Positions 36,382 to 46,810 are shown, numbered from the stretch's first letter. The stretch is 64,000 nt of DNA from an uncultured Bacilli bacterium (GCA_934176955.1 CAKPOS010000007.1:15328-79327); one strand, 5' to 3'. Numbers and translations: made by a program. Notes: a model not told the origin generated them from the letters alone.

Positions 36382-36900
36382 ATGAAAAAATTTATCCCAA
36401 AAATGTATCAAGAAAGTATTTATCAAATTGATTATCTCTCTTTAAAAAAAAGAGGGGTAAAGTTACTTTTATTTGATTTAGATAATACCTGTGTTGGCTA
36501 TCATGAAAAAAATCCTACGGTAGAATTAAAAAAGTTATTTAAAAAGTTAAAAAAACTTGATTTTACGGTAATTATTTTTTCTAATGCGCCTAAAAAAAGA
36601 CTTGTTCCTTTTCAAGAGTTGGGAGTAGTTTGTCACCATTCTTCGATGAAACCGTTTACTTATCACTTTAAAAAGGTGATGAAAAGGTATCATTTTAAAA
36701 AAGAAGAAGTATGTATTATCGGGGATCAATTGTTTACTGATATTTGTGGGGGAAATAAAGCAGGTATTGTTACTTGTTTAGTTGATCCTGTTACTGAGGA
36801 AGATTTTATTTTTACCAAAATTCTTCGAGCAATGGAAGGATTTGTTTTCTTTCGATTTGCTAATCATGATATCTTAAAAAAGGGGGAGTATTATGAGTAA
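36382..36900 (+). CDS. yqeG: YqeG-family HAD-IIIA phosphatase
   Basis: DxDxT motif LLFDLDNT, later IGDQLFTDI. Synteny with yqeH immediately downstream, as in Bacillus. Confidence 0.8.
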   Translation: MKKFIPKMYQESIYQIDYLSLKKRGVKLLLFDLDNTCVGYHEKNPTVELKKLFKKLKKLDFTVIIFSNAPKKRLVPFQELGVVCHHSSMKPFTYHFKKVMKRYHFKKEEVCIIGDQLFTDICGGNKAGIVTCLVDPVTEEDFIFTKILRAMEGFVFFRFANHDILKKGEYYE

Positions 36901-37870
36901 ATGTCGTGGTTGTGGTGTTTTATTGCAAGATTCTTCACCACTTGAACTTGGCTATACTATGGATATTCAGAGCTATTTATGTGAAAGATGTTTTCGTCTT
37001 AAACATTATGGGGAATATAGAAATGTTTCTTTAACGAATGATGATTATAAAAAGATTATTGCTTCAATTCCTAAAGATGGTTTGGTTTTGTATGTAACAG
37101 ATATTTTATCTTTGGATTTGGATTTTCTTTCTTTTTTTGAAAATGTTTTGTTAGTGGTTACGAAAAGGGATATTATGCCGAAGAGTTTAAATGAAGAGAA
37201 GACTAGAAATTACTTTTTAAAGAGATATTCTAATATTTTGGATGTTGTTGTTGTAAGTAGTATAAAAAATTATCATTTGGATTTATTGTATAAACAAATT
37301 CTTACTTATGTTAAGGATAGAGTTTATTTGGTTGGAAATACAAATTCTGGGAAAAGTACACTTTTAAATCAATTTATTCATGATTACGGTGAAGGAGAAG
37401 GAATGATTACTACTAGTATGTATCCTTCGACGACTTTGAATGAGGTAAGAATTGATTTTCCTGATTTTACATTGATTGATACTCCTGGGTTACTTGGTAA
37501 AGGAAATCTTGTCCATCTTTTAGATAAGAAGGAATTAAAGATGGTAACGCCTAGAAAAGAGATTCGACCTAAGAGTTGTCAAGTAGAGGGTAAAGGTAGT
37601 CTATTGGTTGGGGATTTTGTACGAATAGATTATGAAGCTATGAAAAGAAGTAGTTTTGTGATTTATGTTTCTAATGACGTTCCTATTCGATTTGCTAATT
37701 ATGAAAAAAATATTTATCGGGATAGAAGATGTGTTCAGTATTTTGTGGACAAGGGTAAAGATATTGTTATTCCTGGTCTTGGTTTTATTAAATTTATGGG
37801 GAATTTTACGATAACTTTATATTTACCTTATGAGGTAGATGCGAAGGTGAGGGATAGTTTTATTGCATGA
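36893..37870 (+). CDS. yqeH: Ribosome biogenesis GTPase YqeH (circularly permuted)
   Basis: N-terminal zinc-finger CRGCGVLLQ...CERC, G4 TKRD located before G1 GNTNSGKST, and G3 DTPG. Confidence 0.8.
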   Translation: MSKCRGCGVLLQDSSPLELGYTMDIQSYLCERCFRLKHYGEYRNVSLTNDDYKKIIASIPKDGLVLYVTDILSLDLDFLSFFENVLLVVTKRDIMPKSLNEEKTRNYFLKRYSNILDVVVVSSIKNYHLDLLYKQILTYVKDRVYLVGNTNSGKSTLLNQFIHDYGEGEGMITTSMYPSTTLNEVRIDFPDFTLIDTPGLLGKGNLVHLLDKKELKMVTPRKEIRPKSCQVEGKGSLLVGDFVRIDYEAMKRSSFVIYVSNDVPIRFANYEKNIYRDRRCVQYFVDKGKDIVIPGLGFIKFMGNFTITLYLPYEVDAKVRDSFIA

Positions 37871-38253
37871 AAAATGTAGAAGATGTTCGTTTGATTAATG
37901 TGATTGCACTTGCTTATTTGGGAGATGCAATTTATGAGGTGTATATTCGTGAGTCTTTGATTCGACTTGGTATTGTTCGGGTAGAAGAATTGCAAAAAAA
38001 GGCAGTTTTTTATGTATCTGCTAAAGGACAAGCTAGTATTTTGAAGCGTTTGCTTGATGAAAATAAGCTTACTTCAGAAGAGATTGATATTGTGAAAAGA
38101 GGTAGAAATTATAAGAGAAGTAGTCATCCTAAGCATACGGATATTTTGACTTATAAATTATCTACTGGCTTTGAGACTTTAATTGGTTATTTGTATTTGT
38201 CTAAGAATGAAGAGAGGTTAGCAGAAATATTTGATTATATCGAGGTGAAATAA
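37867..38253 (+). CDS. mrnC: Mini-ribonuclease 3
   Basis: ALAYLGDAIYEVYIR RNase III-like signature, and FETLIGYLY. 128 aa. Confidence 0.85.
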   Translation: MKNVEDVRLINVIALAYLGDAIYEVYIRESLIRLGIVRVEELQKKAVFYVSAKGQASILKRLLDENKLTSEEIDIVKRGRNYKRSSHPKHTDILTYKLSTGFETLIGYLYLSKNEERLAEIFDYIEVK

Positions 38254-38963
38254 TGTATATATATGGTAAAAATGTGGCAAAAGAGGCTTTAAGAAGTGAT
38301 GATGAAATTTTAAAGGTTTATTTAAGTCGGAATTTTCATGATGAAGAAGTTTTTCAATTGATTCGAAAGAGAAAGATAAAAATTACTTTTTTAGATAGTC
38401 AAGTGATGGATAAGAAGGTAGATGGTCATCATCAAGGGATTATTTTAGAAATTTCGGAAGTAAAGACTTATTCTTTGGATAATTTTTTAGAAAGTATCCA
38501 TGATAAGGATAGGGTTCTTATCGTTATGTTGGATCATTTAGAAGATCCACATAATTTTGGAGCAATTATTCGTACTGCTGAAGCTTTAGGGGTAGATGCT
38601 ATTATTATTCCTAATGATCGAAGTGTTACGGTAAATTCTACTGTGGTTAAAATTTCTGCTGGAGCAATTAGTTATATGAAGATTGTTCGTGTAGCAAATT
38701 TGGGAAGTGCTATTTCTAAGTTAAAAAAGCATGATTTTTGGATTGTTGGTACGGATATGGATGGTGAAGATTATTCTAAGATAAATTATCCAGAAAGAAC
38801 TTGTCTTATTATTGGAAATGAAGGTAAGGGGATTTCTAATATTATTAGGAAGAATTGTGATTTTATTGCTAGTATTCCCATGAGTGGTAAGATTAATAGT
38901 TTGAATGCTTCTGTTTCTTGTGGAATAGTTTTATCAGAAATAGTTTTATCAAGGAGAAGATAA
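38253..38963 (+). CDS. rlmB: 23S rRNA (guanosine-2'-O)-methyltransferase RlmB (SpoU/TrmH family)
   Basis: LEDPHNFGAIIRTAEALG, IGNEGKGIS and SLNASV motifs. mrnC-rlmB synteny. Confidence 0.8.
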   Translation: MYIYGKNVAKEALRSDDEILKVYLSRNFHDEEVFQLIRKRKIKITFLDSQVMDKKVDGHHQGIILEISEVKTYSLDNFLESIHDKDRVLIVMLDHLEDPHNFGAIIRTAEALGVDAIIIPNDRSVTVNSTVVKISAGAISYMKIVRVANLGSAISKLKKHDFWIVGTDMDGEDYSKINYPERTCLIIGNEGKGISNIIRKNCDFIASIPMSGKINSLNASVSCGIVLSEIVLSRRR

Positions 38964-39559
38964 TGCAAGAGTTGAATGATTATGAACTTGTTGGTTTAGC
39001 TCAAGAGAATAATGAAGAAGCAGCTGAAATTCTTTATCGTAAATATCAGCCTTTAATTTTGAAAAAGAGTAATAAGTATTTTAAGTATATGCAAAATAAG
39101 GGGATTGAACTCAATGATTTGATTCAGGAGTGTACGATTGGCTTTGAGGAAGCTATTCAGAGATTTAATCAAGATGATCGGAGCAGTTTTTATACTTTTG
39201 CGAGTATTTGTATGGATAGGCAATTGATGAGTGAATTAACTAGGCAAAATCGAGATAAATATCGTTTTTTAAATGAGGCAGTTCCTCTTGATACTATTGA
39301 TAATGAAGAAGATGTTAGTTTAATTAATTGTATAGGGGATAACCGGAATAATCCAGAAGAGGGTCTTTTGCTAGATGAAAATTTTAAGGAGATTTATTTT
39401 AAGATAGCGACAAAGCTTACTGATTTTGAGGAATGTGTTTTTCGGCTTCGGTTACAGGATTTTGATTATTATGAGATTGCTAGTATATTAGATAAAGATA
39501 AGAAGAGTATTGATAATGCTATTCAAAGGATTAAGGGAAAAATTAAGGAAATTATTTAA
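38963..39559 (+). CDS. sigH: Sigma-70 family sigma factor, SigH-like by position
   Basis: ATG at 38963 overlaps the rlmB stop (TAATG). Region 2 ([15 protein letters not shown]...[17 protein letters not shown]) and region 4 HTH ([25 protein letters not shown]). Sits where sigH lies after rlmB in Bacillus. Confidence 0.6.
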   Translation: MQELNDYELVGLAQENNEEAAEILYRKYQPLILKKSNKYFKYMQNKGIELNDLIQECTIGFEEAIQRFNQDDRSSFYTFASICMDRQLMSELTRQNRDKYRFLNEAVPLDTIDNEEDVSLINCIGDNRNNPEEGLLLDENFKEIYFKIATKLTDFEECVFRLRLQDFDYYEIASILDKDKKSIDNAIQRIKGKIKEII

Positions 39560-39590
39560 AAAATACTGATATAGATTGGGGGAAAAGGAT

Positions 39591-42416
39591 ATGGATAAGA
39601 TTGTTGTAAAAGGTGCTAGGGTTAATAATTTAAAGAATATTGATGTAGAAATCCCTAAGAATAAGTTAGTTGTGATTACTGGGGTTAGTGGTTCTGGGAA
39701 GAGTTCACTTGCTTTTGATACGATTTATGCTGAGGGACAAAGAAGATACGTTGAATCGTTGTCGGCTTATGCTAGGCAATTTTTGGGAAATACAGAACGC
39801 GTAGATGTTGATAGTATTGAGGGATTGTCTCCTTCTATTAGTATTGATCAGAAGACTACAAATAATAATCCAAGAAGTACGGTTGGTACAGTTACTGAGA
39901 TTTATGATTATTTGCGTCTTTTGTTTGCAAGAATTGGTGTTCCTTATTGTCCAAATCATCATGTTCCAATTTCTAGTCAAAGTATTGAGGAAATGGTCAA
40001 TAAAGTACTTAGTTATGAAGAGGGTACGAAAATTATGGTTTCTTCTCCTGTGGTTAAAGGAGAGAAAGGGACTCATCAAGAGACTTTAGATATGTTGAGA
40101 CGGGATGGATATGTTCGAGTTAAGATTGATGGAGAAATTTATGATTTGTCTAGTGAAATTAATTTAGAAAAAAATAAAAAGCATACGATTTATGTTATTG
40201 TTGACCGACTTGTTGTTAAAGATTCTATTCGAAGTAGACTTTATGAAGCTATGGAAGTTGCAACGAATTTAAGTCATGGTAAAGTGGTTGTTGATGTTAT
40301 TGGTAAGGGTGAGGTCTTATTTAGTGAAAATTTTGCTTGTCCTTATTGTGATTATTCTTTAGAGGAATTAGAACCTAGAATATTTTCTTTTAATGCTCCT
40401 TATGGAGCTTGTCCTGAATGTAAGGGACTTGGTGTTCAATATAAGATTGATGTTGATTTAGTGATTCCTGATAAAAATAAGTCAATTAGTGATGGGGCAA
40501 TTACGACAATTACTGTAGATGATGAAAATAATATTATAATGACACAACTTAGGACAGTTAGTGATTATTATGGTATAGATTTAAATAAAAAGATTAAAGA
40601 TTTAACGAAGAATGAGTTAGATATTATTTTGTATGGTTCTCCTGATGTTTTAGAGTATCATTATGTTTCTAAAAATGGAAATACTAGAGTTTCGCGAGAT
40701 TACTTCGAGGGAATTATTACTAATTTAGAAAGAAGATATATTGAGACAAAGAGTGGTTGGATTAGAGAATGGATTGAGAGGTTTATGATGGAACTTCCTT
40801 GCCCACATTGTGGGGGTTCAAGACTTAAACCTAGTGTTTTGTCTGTTCTTATTGATGGAAAGAATATTTTTGAAGTAACGAATCTTTCTATTCGTGATTT
40901 AAGAAACTTTATTGATGGATTAACCCTTACTAAAGAGCAAGCAGAAATTTCAGAAATATTAGTAAAAGAAATTTTGTCTCGTTTGGATTTCTTGATGAAT
41001 GTTGGGTTGGACTATTTAACTTTATCTAGAAGTGCTGGTACTTTATCTGGTGGAGAAAGTCAAAGAATACGATTAGCAACGCAGATTGGTTCTAGATTGA
41101 CTGGTGTTTTATATGTTCTTGATGAACCTAGTATTGGTCTTCATCAACGAGATAATCGTAAACTTATTGATTCTTTATTGAAGATGAGAGATTTGGGAAA
41201 TTCTTTAATCGTTGTAGAGCATGATACGGATACGATGCTTGCAGCTGATTATTTGATTGATATTGGTCCTCTTGCTGGAGAAAATGGAGGATTGGTTATG
41301 GCTTGTGGTACCCCAGAAGAAGTGATGGCTGATGAGAATAGTTTAACAGGAAAATATTTAACGGGAGAGTATAAAATTGAAATCCCTAAAAAGCGAAGAA
41401 AAGGAAATAAAAAATACTTAACGATTAAAGGAGCAATGGAGCATAACTTAAAAAATATTCAAGTAAAAATTCCTCTTGGAACATTGACTTGTGTAACGGG
41501 AGTTAGTGGCTCTGGAAAGAGTACCTTAGTGAATGAAATTTTGTATAAGGCACTGGCTAATCAGCTATATCGTTCAAAGGAAAAGCCAGGAAAATATAAG
41601 GATATAAAGGGATTAGAGAATATTGATAAGGTTGTTCAAATTACCCAAAATCCAATTGGAAGAACGCCTCGAAGTAATCCTGCTACTTATGTTGGTGTAT
41701 TTGATGATATTCGAGATATTTTTGCTGAGACGAGAGAGGCAAAGATAAGAGGCTATGACAAGGGAAGATTTTCTTTTAATGTTAAAGGAGGAAGATGTGA
41801 AGCTTGTTGGGGTGATGGTGTTAAGAAAATTGAGATGCATTTTTTGCCTGATGTTTACGTTGCTTGTGAGGTGTGTGGGGGGACGAGATATAATCAGGAA
41901 ACTTTACAAATTAAGTATAAAGACAAAAGTATTTATGATGTTTTAAATATGCGTGTCGATGAAGCTTTAGAATTTTTTGAAAATCATGCTAAAGTGAGAA
42001 ATAAATTACAAGTGCTTCATGATGTTGGATTAGGTTATGTTCAATTGGGACAACCAGCACCAACTTTATCTGGTGGAGAGGCGGCTAGAGTGAAGTTAGC
42101 AAAAGAGTTACAAAAGAAGGCAACTGGGAAAAGTTTATTTATTTTAGATGAACCTACTACTGGTCTTCATTCTCATGATATTAAGAAGTTATTAAAGATA
42201 TTAGAACGGATTGTTGATAATGGAGATACGGTTCTTGTTATTGAACATAATTTAGATGTTATTAAGGTAGCAGACTATCTTATTGATTTAGGACCTGAAG
42301 GTGGAGATTTAGGTGGTAATGTTGTTGCTACGGGAACACCAGAAGAGGTTAGTCAGGTACCAGAATCTTATACGGGGGAATTTTTGAAGGAGATATTAGA
42401 AAAAGATAAATCCTAG
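39591..42416 (+). CDS. uvrA: Excinuclease ABC subunit A
   Basis: ATG at 39591 after GGGGGA. Two ABC modules ([20 protein letters not shown]; [16 protein letters not shown]) and zinc-finger CxxC pairs. Confidence 0.95.
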   Translation: MDKIVVKGARVNNLKNIDVEIPKNKLVVITGVSGSGKSSLAFDTIYAEGQRRYVESLSAYARQFLGNTERVDVDSIEGLSPSISIDQKTTNNNPRSTVGTVTEIYDYLRLLFARIGVPYCPNHHVPISSQSIEEMVNKVLSYEEGTKIMVSSPVVKGEKGTHQETLDMLRRDGYVRVKIDGEIYDLSSEINLEKNKKHTIYVIVDRLVVKDSIRSRLYEAMEVATNLSHGKVVVDVIGKGEVLFSENFACPYCDYSLEELEPRIFSFNAPYGACPECKGLGVQYKIDVDLVIPDKNKSISDGAITTITVDDENNIIMTQLRTVSDYYGIDLNKKIKDLTKNELDIILYGSPDVLEYHYVSKNGNTRVSRDYFEGIITNLERRYIETKSGWIREWIERFMMELPCPHCGGSRLKPSVLSVLIDGKNIFEVTNLSIRDLRNFIDGLTLTKEQAEISEILVKEILSRLDFLMNVGLDYLTLSRSAGTLSGGESQRIRLATQIGSRLTGVLYVLDEPSIGLHQRDNRKLIDSLLKMRDLGNSLIVVEHDTDTMLAADYLIDIGPLAGENGGLVMACGTPEEVMADENSLTGKYLTGEYKIEIPKKRRKGNKKYLTIKGAMEHNLKNIQVKIPLGTLTCVTGVSGSGKSTLVNEILYKALANQLYRSKEKPGKYKDIKGLENIDKVVQITQNPIGRTPRSNPATYVGVFDDIRDIFAETREAKIRGYDKGRFSFNVKGGRCEACWGDGVKKIEMHFLPDVYVACEVCGGTRYNQETLQIKYKDKSIYDVLNMRVDEALEFFENHAKVRNKLQVLHDVGLGYVQLGQPAPTLSGGEAARVKLAKELQKKATGKSLFILDEPTTGLHSHDIKKLLKILERIVDNGDTVLVIEHNLDVIKVADYLIDLGPEGGDLGGNVVATGTPEEVSQVPESYTGEFLKEILEKDKS

Positions 42417-42477
42417 GAAATTCTCTTTTTTGGGAATTTTAGATGTTTAAGTATTTTAAGGGAATAAGTGATAAATA

Positions 42478-43350
42478 ATGAAAGAAATATTGGATTATTT
42501 AAATTATTTGCAGGTGGTAAAGAAGTATTCTGAATGTACGATTTTGGGATATAAAGAGGATTTGTTAGAGTTATATGATTTTAAGAATGATGTATTGTGC
42601 TATGGTGAGGAAGATGTTCGAGATTATTTAGAGTACTTATATAGTAGGGGACTATCTAGAAATACGATTTCTAGGAAACTTAGTTCGATTCGTAGTTTTT
42701 ATCGTTATATGGAAGATGAGGGAAAGGTTTTTTTCAATTATTTTAAAGAAGTTTCTAATCCTAAGAAAAATGGGCGGTTGCCTAAGTATGCTCATGATAA
42801 TGATTTAGAAAAAATGTTTCATGCTTTTCCTATGGATGATGCTTATGGGCAAAGGAATACATTAATTTTGGAAATGCTTTACGCGACTGGTGTTCGAGTT
42901 AGTGAGTTGGTTAATATTCGGATTAGGGATATTAATTTGTATGATAAAACGATTCATATTTTGGGGAAAGGGCGTAAAGAGAGAATAGTTTTCTTTGGTA
43001 GTTATTGTGAAGATGTATTAAGAAAATATATAGATGATGGTTATTTGAAACTTAATCAAAAGGGAAAAGATTATTTATTTTTAAATAAAAATGGAGAGAG
43101 ATTGTCTAGTCGCTATGTTAGGGAAGTGATTGATAGGGCAGTTTTACGATGCGGAGTAGATTATCATATTTCTCCTCATATGTTGAGGCATACTTTTGCT
43201 ACGGATATGTTGAATAATGGGGCTGATTTGATGACCGTAAAAGAATTGTTAGGGCATAGCTCGGTTAATACGACAGGAATTTATACTCATGTTAGTAATG
43301 AGAGATTGAAAAGTGTTTATGAATTTGCACATCCTCGGGGGAAGGAATAA
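42478..43350 (+). CDS. Xer-type tyrosine site-specific recombinase (XerC/XerD family)
   Basis: 290 aa. ATGVRVSEL (Arg I), HMLRHTFAT (H-x-x-R), LGHSSVNTTGIYTHV (catalytic Tyr). Confidence 0.8.
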   Translation: MKEILDYLNYLQVVKKYSECTILGYKEDLLELYDFKNDVLCYGEEDVRDYLEYLYSRGLSRNTISRKLSSIRSFYRYMEDEGKVFFNYFKEVSNPKKNGRLPKYAHDNDLEKMFHAFPMDDAYGQRNTLILEMLYATGVRVSELVNIRIRDINLYDKTIHILGKGRKERIVFFGSYCEDVLRKYIDDGYLKLNQKGKDYLFLNKNGERLSSRYVREVIDRAVLRCGVDYHISPHMLRHTFATDMLNNGADLMTVKELLGHSSVNTTGIYTHVSNERLKSVYEFAHPRGKE

Positions 43351-43536
43351 TGTAACAAACAAATTTTTTTCAATTCTTTGATTTCAATGTTAATTAATAG
43401 TTTTCTTGCTTGTTTCTTATTAATTAAATAAAATTTAACTGAATTAACTTTGATGATAATAGTTGATGAAAAAATCCAAAAAAATAAAATACTAAAATGA
43501 CTTGCTTTTTTTTTATTTTTATATTATGATGATTAT

Positions 43537-43642
43537 GGCATAAGAAATTATGCTCACTCCATACGGAATAAAATGTAGGAGTGTATTCAACCAAAACCCC
43601 CTGAAATCCCAGCCGAGAGGCTGGGATACTTTGTTTATAAGG
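43537..43642 (+). ncRNA. Candidate ~100-nt small RNA whose 3' terminator hairpin is the integration target
   Basis: TTGCTT (43502-43507), 17 bp, TATGAT (43525-43530). Downstream there is no ORF but three hairpins: GCATA..TATGC, CACTCC..GGAGTG and ATCCCAGCC-GAGA-GGCTGGGAT, followed by ACTTTGTTT. Identity unknown. Confidence 0.3.
43597..43642 (+). repeat. att copy A (attL of element E1)
   Basis: CCCCCTGAAAT + 9-bp-stem GAGA-loop hairpin + ATACTTTGTTTATAAGG. The same 46-bp architecture recurs at 53972 and 63946. Confidence 0.8.
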
Positions 43643-43668
43643 ACTCCAAGCCATTTCATATATGTATT

Positions 43669-43689
43669 AGGTACCCAAATAGGTACCCA
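43669..43689 (+). repeat. E1 arm-type repeats, left end (2 x AGGTACCCA, 12-bp phasing)
   Basis: AGGTACCCA at 43669 and 43681, just outside the integrase stop codon. Confidence 0.7.
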
Positions 43690-43691
43690 TT

Positions 43692-44807
43692 TTAATTTAG
43701 TTTGTCGATAATGTCGATAATTTCATTCATTTTATTTTTAAATAGATGGGAATAAGTATTTAATGTCTCATCTATTTTTGTATGCCCTAGATATTTTGCA
43801 ACTACGTTTATACTTGCATTACTATTAATTAGTAATGATGCACAACTATGTCTAAAATCATGAATTCTTATTTGTTTAACTCCTGCTAGTTTACAATTTC
43901 TATTTTTACGACTTCTAATTCTACCGTTAGTAATTGGATCAGTATCTCCAAATACATACCACTTATTATTAAATCCATAATGTTTTTCTGAAACTTTATA
44001 TAAATCTTTTAAATCTTCAAGTAATACTTTAGGTATAGGAATTTCTCTTATGCTAGATTTTGTTTTAGGTGTAGTTACCATATAAGGTTTATTTTCATCA
44101 CCTTGAGTAGCAACTACATTTTTATTAACTCTTAAATAACTATTACCAAAATCTATATCATTCCAAGTAAGACCTCTAAGTTCACCTCTACGAAGACCAC
44201 AATAATATAAAGTTTCGTACATTGTTTTATATAAAATATCTTCTTCTACAGATATAAAACTTTTAAACTCTTCATAAGTAAAGAATAACATTTCTTTAGG
44301 CATTTCATTTGGATTAGTAAAATTAGTCATTTTATTGTAAGTAGTAGTAAAGTTAAAGTTATACCATTTACTAGCATAGTTTAATAATTCTTTAAAGAAT
44401 TTAAATAGATGATTTTTATGATTAGTTGTATAACCATAAGAATTAATTTCTTTTTTCCACTTTTCAAAATGTTCTATATTGAAATCTTTTAATTTAACAT
44501 TTTCTAAATTTTTAAAGAATTTTTGTCTATCTCTATAAGTTTTTAAAGTAGTAAATTTAACTTTATCTTCTTTATAAGCATAAAACAAAGTATATAAATC
44601 TTTAAAAGTCATATTACGATTATTATCAGCTCTTTCTGTATTAAGAGTAAGAAACTCTCTTTCAGCATTTAAAGCTTCCGTTTTAGTAAAAAACTTCTTT
44701 GACTTATATTTTCTTCTTGTGCCATCTAAATTCTTTACATAGTCATAAAATATCCATTTACGGCCATCTTTTGTCCATTCTGATTTATCTAATAATTTAA
44801 CTGCCAT
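43692..44807 (-). CDS. int: Tyrosine integrase with N-terminal arm-binding domain (E1)
   Basis: YCGLRRGEL (Arg I), HDFRHSCASLLI (H-x-x-R), LGHTKIDETLNTYSHL (Tyr). The N-terminal ~60 aa (WTKDGRKWIFYDYVKNLDGTRRKYKSKKFFTKTEA) looks like an arm-type DNA-binding domain. Confidence 0.9.
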   Translation of the reverse strand: MAVKLLDKSEWTKDGRKWIFYDYVKNLDGTRRKYKSKKFFTKTEALNAEREFLTLNTERADNNRNMTFKDLYTLFYAYKEDKVKFTTLKTYRDRQKFFKNLENVKLKDFNIEHFEKWKKEINSYGYTTNHKNHLFKFFKELLNYASKWYNFNFTTTYNKMTNFTNPNEMPKEMLFFTYEEFKSFISVEEDILYKTMYETLYYCGLRRGELRGLTWNDIDFGNSYLRVNKNVVATQGDENKPYMVTTPKTKSSIREIPIPKVLLEDLKDLYKVSEKHYGFNNKWYVFGDTDPITNGRIRSRKNRNCKLAGVKQIRIHDFRHSCASLLINSNASINVVAKYLGHTKIDETLNTYSHLFKNKMNEIIDIIDKLN

Positions 44808-45786
44808 AGTATTCCTCCTTTAAATCTAAATCATCGCTATCAAATTCTAAAGGTTCCTTATATTTAGCAGTATATAATCTTTCTGTTGCAGTTCGTTTAT
44901 TTTCTATTACAAGACCATTTCTTTCTAGTTCTTTTTTATAACTGGCAAGTAACTTACCGAAAGTTGATGGAATAACATTTAATTTTAACTTATTAACCAT
45001 ATCAGATGCTGTAAAAGTAAATTCTTTCATACTAATTGCATATCTAAAGAAAGTCATAATATTTTCATTCCATACTTCATCAGCAAAGTTATCAATATCA
45101 AGTATCAAGTTTTCATTTCTTTTCAGTACGTAATCTTTACTAGGGTAATCTCTGCTTTCATACTTTAAGTAAAAAGTAGATTTAATATTCTCGTCTTGTT
45201 TTAAAGCAATTTTACCATCTACACAGGTATCAATAGCAGTACTACCTAAAGATTTGCCTTTACGATTTAAATGATGAACTATAATAATAGCAACGTTATA
45301 ATTATTACAAAGTTTTCTTAACTGTGGAAATATATTTTGACTCATATCTTGATAATTATTTAAATCATAATTATTACCAAAATTAATTCCATTAAACATA
45401 TCTATAAATACTAATTTGCCATTATACTTTTCACTAAACTCAGCAATTTCTTTTTCAACTTTTAAGATACTTATTTGAGTTAAATTATCCTCAGGAAAAG
45501 TATAAAAGAAATCTTTATCATTTAAATCTAATTCCATAAACTTGATTCTACTAATAGTCTCTGATGGATTCATTTCTGTACTTAAATATAAAACAGGAGT
45601 TTTATTAGTCTTTAAATTTAGAAAAGGAAATCCATTAGCAACAGAGTTTGCTATTTGGAGAGCAATAGCAGATTTACCAACTTTAGCTTCTCCAAGTAAA
45701 CAATATAAACCATTTTCTCTAATCATATCTTCAATAATATAATTAATATCGACAATACTACATTTTAATTCTTCAATTGTTTTCAT
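44797..45786 (-). CDS. RepA-like RecA-fold ATPase (AAA_25-type), E1 replication/mobilisation protein
   Basis: Walker A GEAKVGKS, Walker B LVFIDMF, then IIVHHLNRKG typical of RepA/DnaB-C-like P-loop proteins. Overlaps the integrase start. Confidence 0.65.
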   Translation of the reverse strand: MKTIEELKCSIVDINYIIEDMIRENGLYCLLGEAKVGKSAIALQIANSVANGFPFLNLKTNKTPVLYLSTEMNPSETISRIKFMELDLNDKDFFYTFPEDNLTQISILKVEKEIAEFSEKYNGKLVFIDMFNGINFGNNYDLNNYQDMSQNIFPQLRKLCNNYNVAIIIVHHLNRKGKSLGSTAIDTCVDGKIALKQDENIKSTFYLKYESRDYPSKDYVLKRNENLILDIDNFADEVWNENIMTFFRYAISMKEFTFTASDMVNKLKLNVIPSTFGKLLASYKKELERNGLVIENKRTATERLYTAKYKEPLEFDSDDLDLKEEYYGS

Positions 45787-45798
45787 ATAATTTCCTTC

Positions 45799-46035
45799 CT
45801 ATAAATTTTCTTTAGCCATCTTTTCTAAATAATTAATATTTATTTTTAATTTATTAACGACTTCAATCATTGGTAATCTGTTGTTTGGTAGAGTGTAGCC
45901 TTTAAGTATAAGTTCATCTTTTATTTCACGTCTTAACTTAACAGCATTATTCTTACCAATCTCTGCAAGCTTCATCAAATCATTTATATCACACCATTGC
46001 TTGCTAATTAATTTTAAAGTTTCTCTAGCGTTCAT
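45799..46035 (-). CDS. Small DNA-binding protein, possible excisionase/regulator (E1)
   Basis: 78 aa. Paralogue of 57042-57293 in E2 (ETLKLI.KQWC...D.MKL...G.N.A.K...EIK). Position between the rep-like gene and the divergent XRE gene. Confidence 0.35.
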   Translation of the reverse strand: MNARETLKLISKQWCDINDLMKLAEIGKNNAVKLRREIKDELILKGYTLPNNRLPMIEVVNKLKININYLEKMAKENL

Positions 46036-46125
46036 ATAAAATTGTTCCTCCTTTCGTTTAAACTCTAGATAAAAATGATAACCTTTTATCTATGTAAGTG
46101 ATTACCAACTAAAGAAAGAAATTAT

Positions 46126-46204
46126 ATTGTGAGTATACTCACAATTACATATTATCATATAAAAATAATTTAAGTCAATACTTTTTGTGAGTTTAGTGAC
46201 AAAA
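46126..46204. promoter_or_regulatory. E1 switch region: 20-bp perfect palindrome plus related imperfect palindrome
   Basis: ATTGTGAGTATACTCACAAT (46126-46145) and TTTTGTGAGTTTAGTGACAAAA (46183-46204) lie in the divergent intergenic region. Downstream promoter TTGTTG-17-TGgTAAAAT (46209-46237) for the XRE gene. Confidence 0.5.
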
Positions 46205-46270
46205 TCTATTGTTGATTAATCTGATTTATGGTAAAATTAATATATAAAAAGCAAAAAGAGGTGTACTTTA

Positions 46271-46795
46271 ATGAAAGATAAAACTTTGGCTAGTGTTGTA
46301 AAAGAAGCTAGAGAAAAATTAGGTATTTCACAAAGAGAATTATCTAGAAGAACAGGTATTGATAATAATACAGTTGCTAAGATAGAAAAAGGAGAAAGAA
46401 AAAAGCCTAATATTTTATCATTAAGAAAATTAAGCGTTGTTTTAAATCTTGATTATAGAAACTTGATGGAATTATGTGATTATAGTAAAGAAGAAATAAA
46501 AGCAATTGCAGATAACAATTACTATAGTTTAGCAATTAGAAATAAAGATGCTTCAATATTAATGATGGAAGACTTAATAAATCTTGTACAAGAACAAAAA
46601 TATATTAAGTTAGTTTTAAAAGAGTTATTAGAAAATTGTGATGTTAATAATTTGAAATGTTTATCAGAACTTTCTAAAAAAGAAAAAACACAAGTAATAA
46701 AAAAACTAAATGAATTTATTGATGAGAATACTAAATCAATAGAAAATCATCAAAACTCAATTGAAAATTTAAATGGAATGTTAGGTAATAATTAA
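46271..46795 (+). CDS. XRE-family HTH regulator (E1 repressor candidate)
   Basis: HTH AREKLGISQRELSRRTGIDNNTVAKIEKGERK. C-terminal coiled region. Paralogue of 57739-58260. Confidence 0.8.
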   Translation: MKDKTLASVVKEAREKLGISQRELSRRTGIDNNTVAKIEKGERKKPNILSLRKLSVVLNLDYRNLMELCDYSKEEIKAIADNNYYSLAIRNKDASILMMEDLINLVQEQKYIKLVLKELLENCDVNNLKCLSELSKKEKTQVIKKLNEFIDENTKSIENHQNSIENLNGMLGNN

Positions 46796-46810
46796 TTTTT
46801 TCAGTCAGTA

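Noticed and set aside
38918-38962. Longer start for the sigma-factor gene (track ORF from 38918)
   Set aside because: The extension overlaps the rlmB 3' end and uses a non-ATG start. The ATG at 38963 overlaps the rlmB stop (TAATG) and gives a normal sigma N-terminus.
39705-41946. Nested ORFs inside uvrA (39705-40079, 39805-40089, 41613-41840, 41755-41946)
   Set aside because: uvrA is unambiguous across this span. These are shadow frames in AT-rich DNA.
43424-43654. 76-aa minus-strand ORF spanning att copy A
   Set aside because: It has no RBS and runs through a poly-A/T promoter-like region and the hairpin/att core. The apparent peptide similarity between the three att copies is explained by nucleotide conservation of the repeat, and the compensatory stem changes argue for DNA/RNA structure rather than coding.
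43351-43660. tRNA or tmRNA gene as the integration target
   Set aside because: No cloverleaf-compatible or GC-rich acceptor/T-arm sequence, no GGGG...CCA-type ends, and no tmRNA tag-reading frame are visible. The region is AT-rich with only short hairpins.
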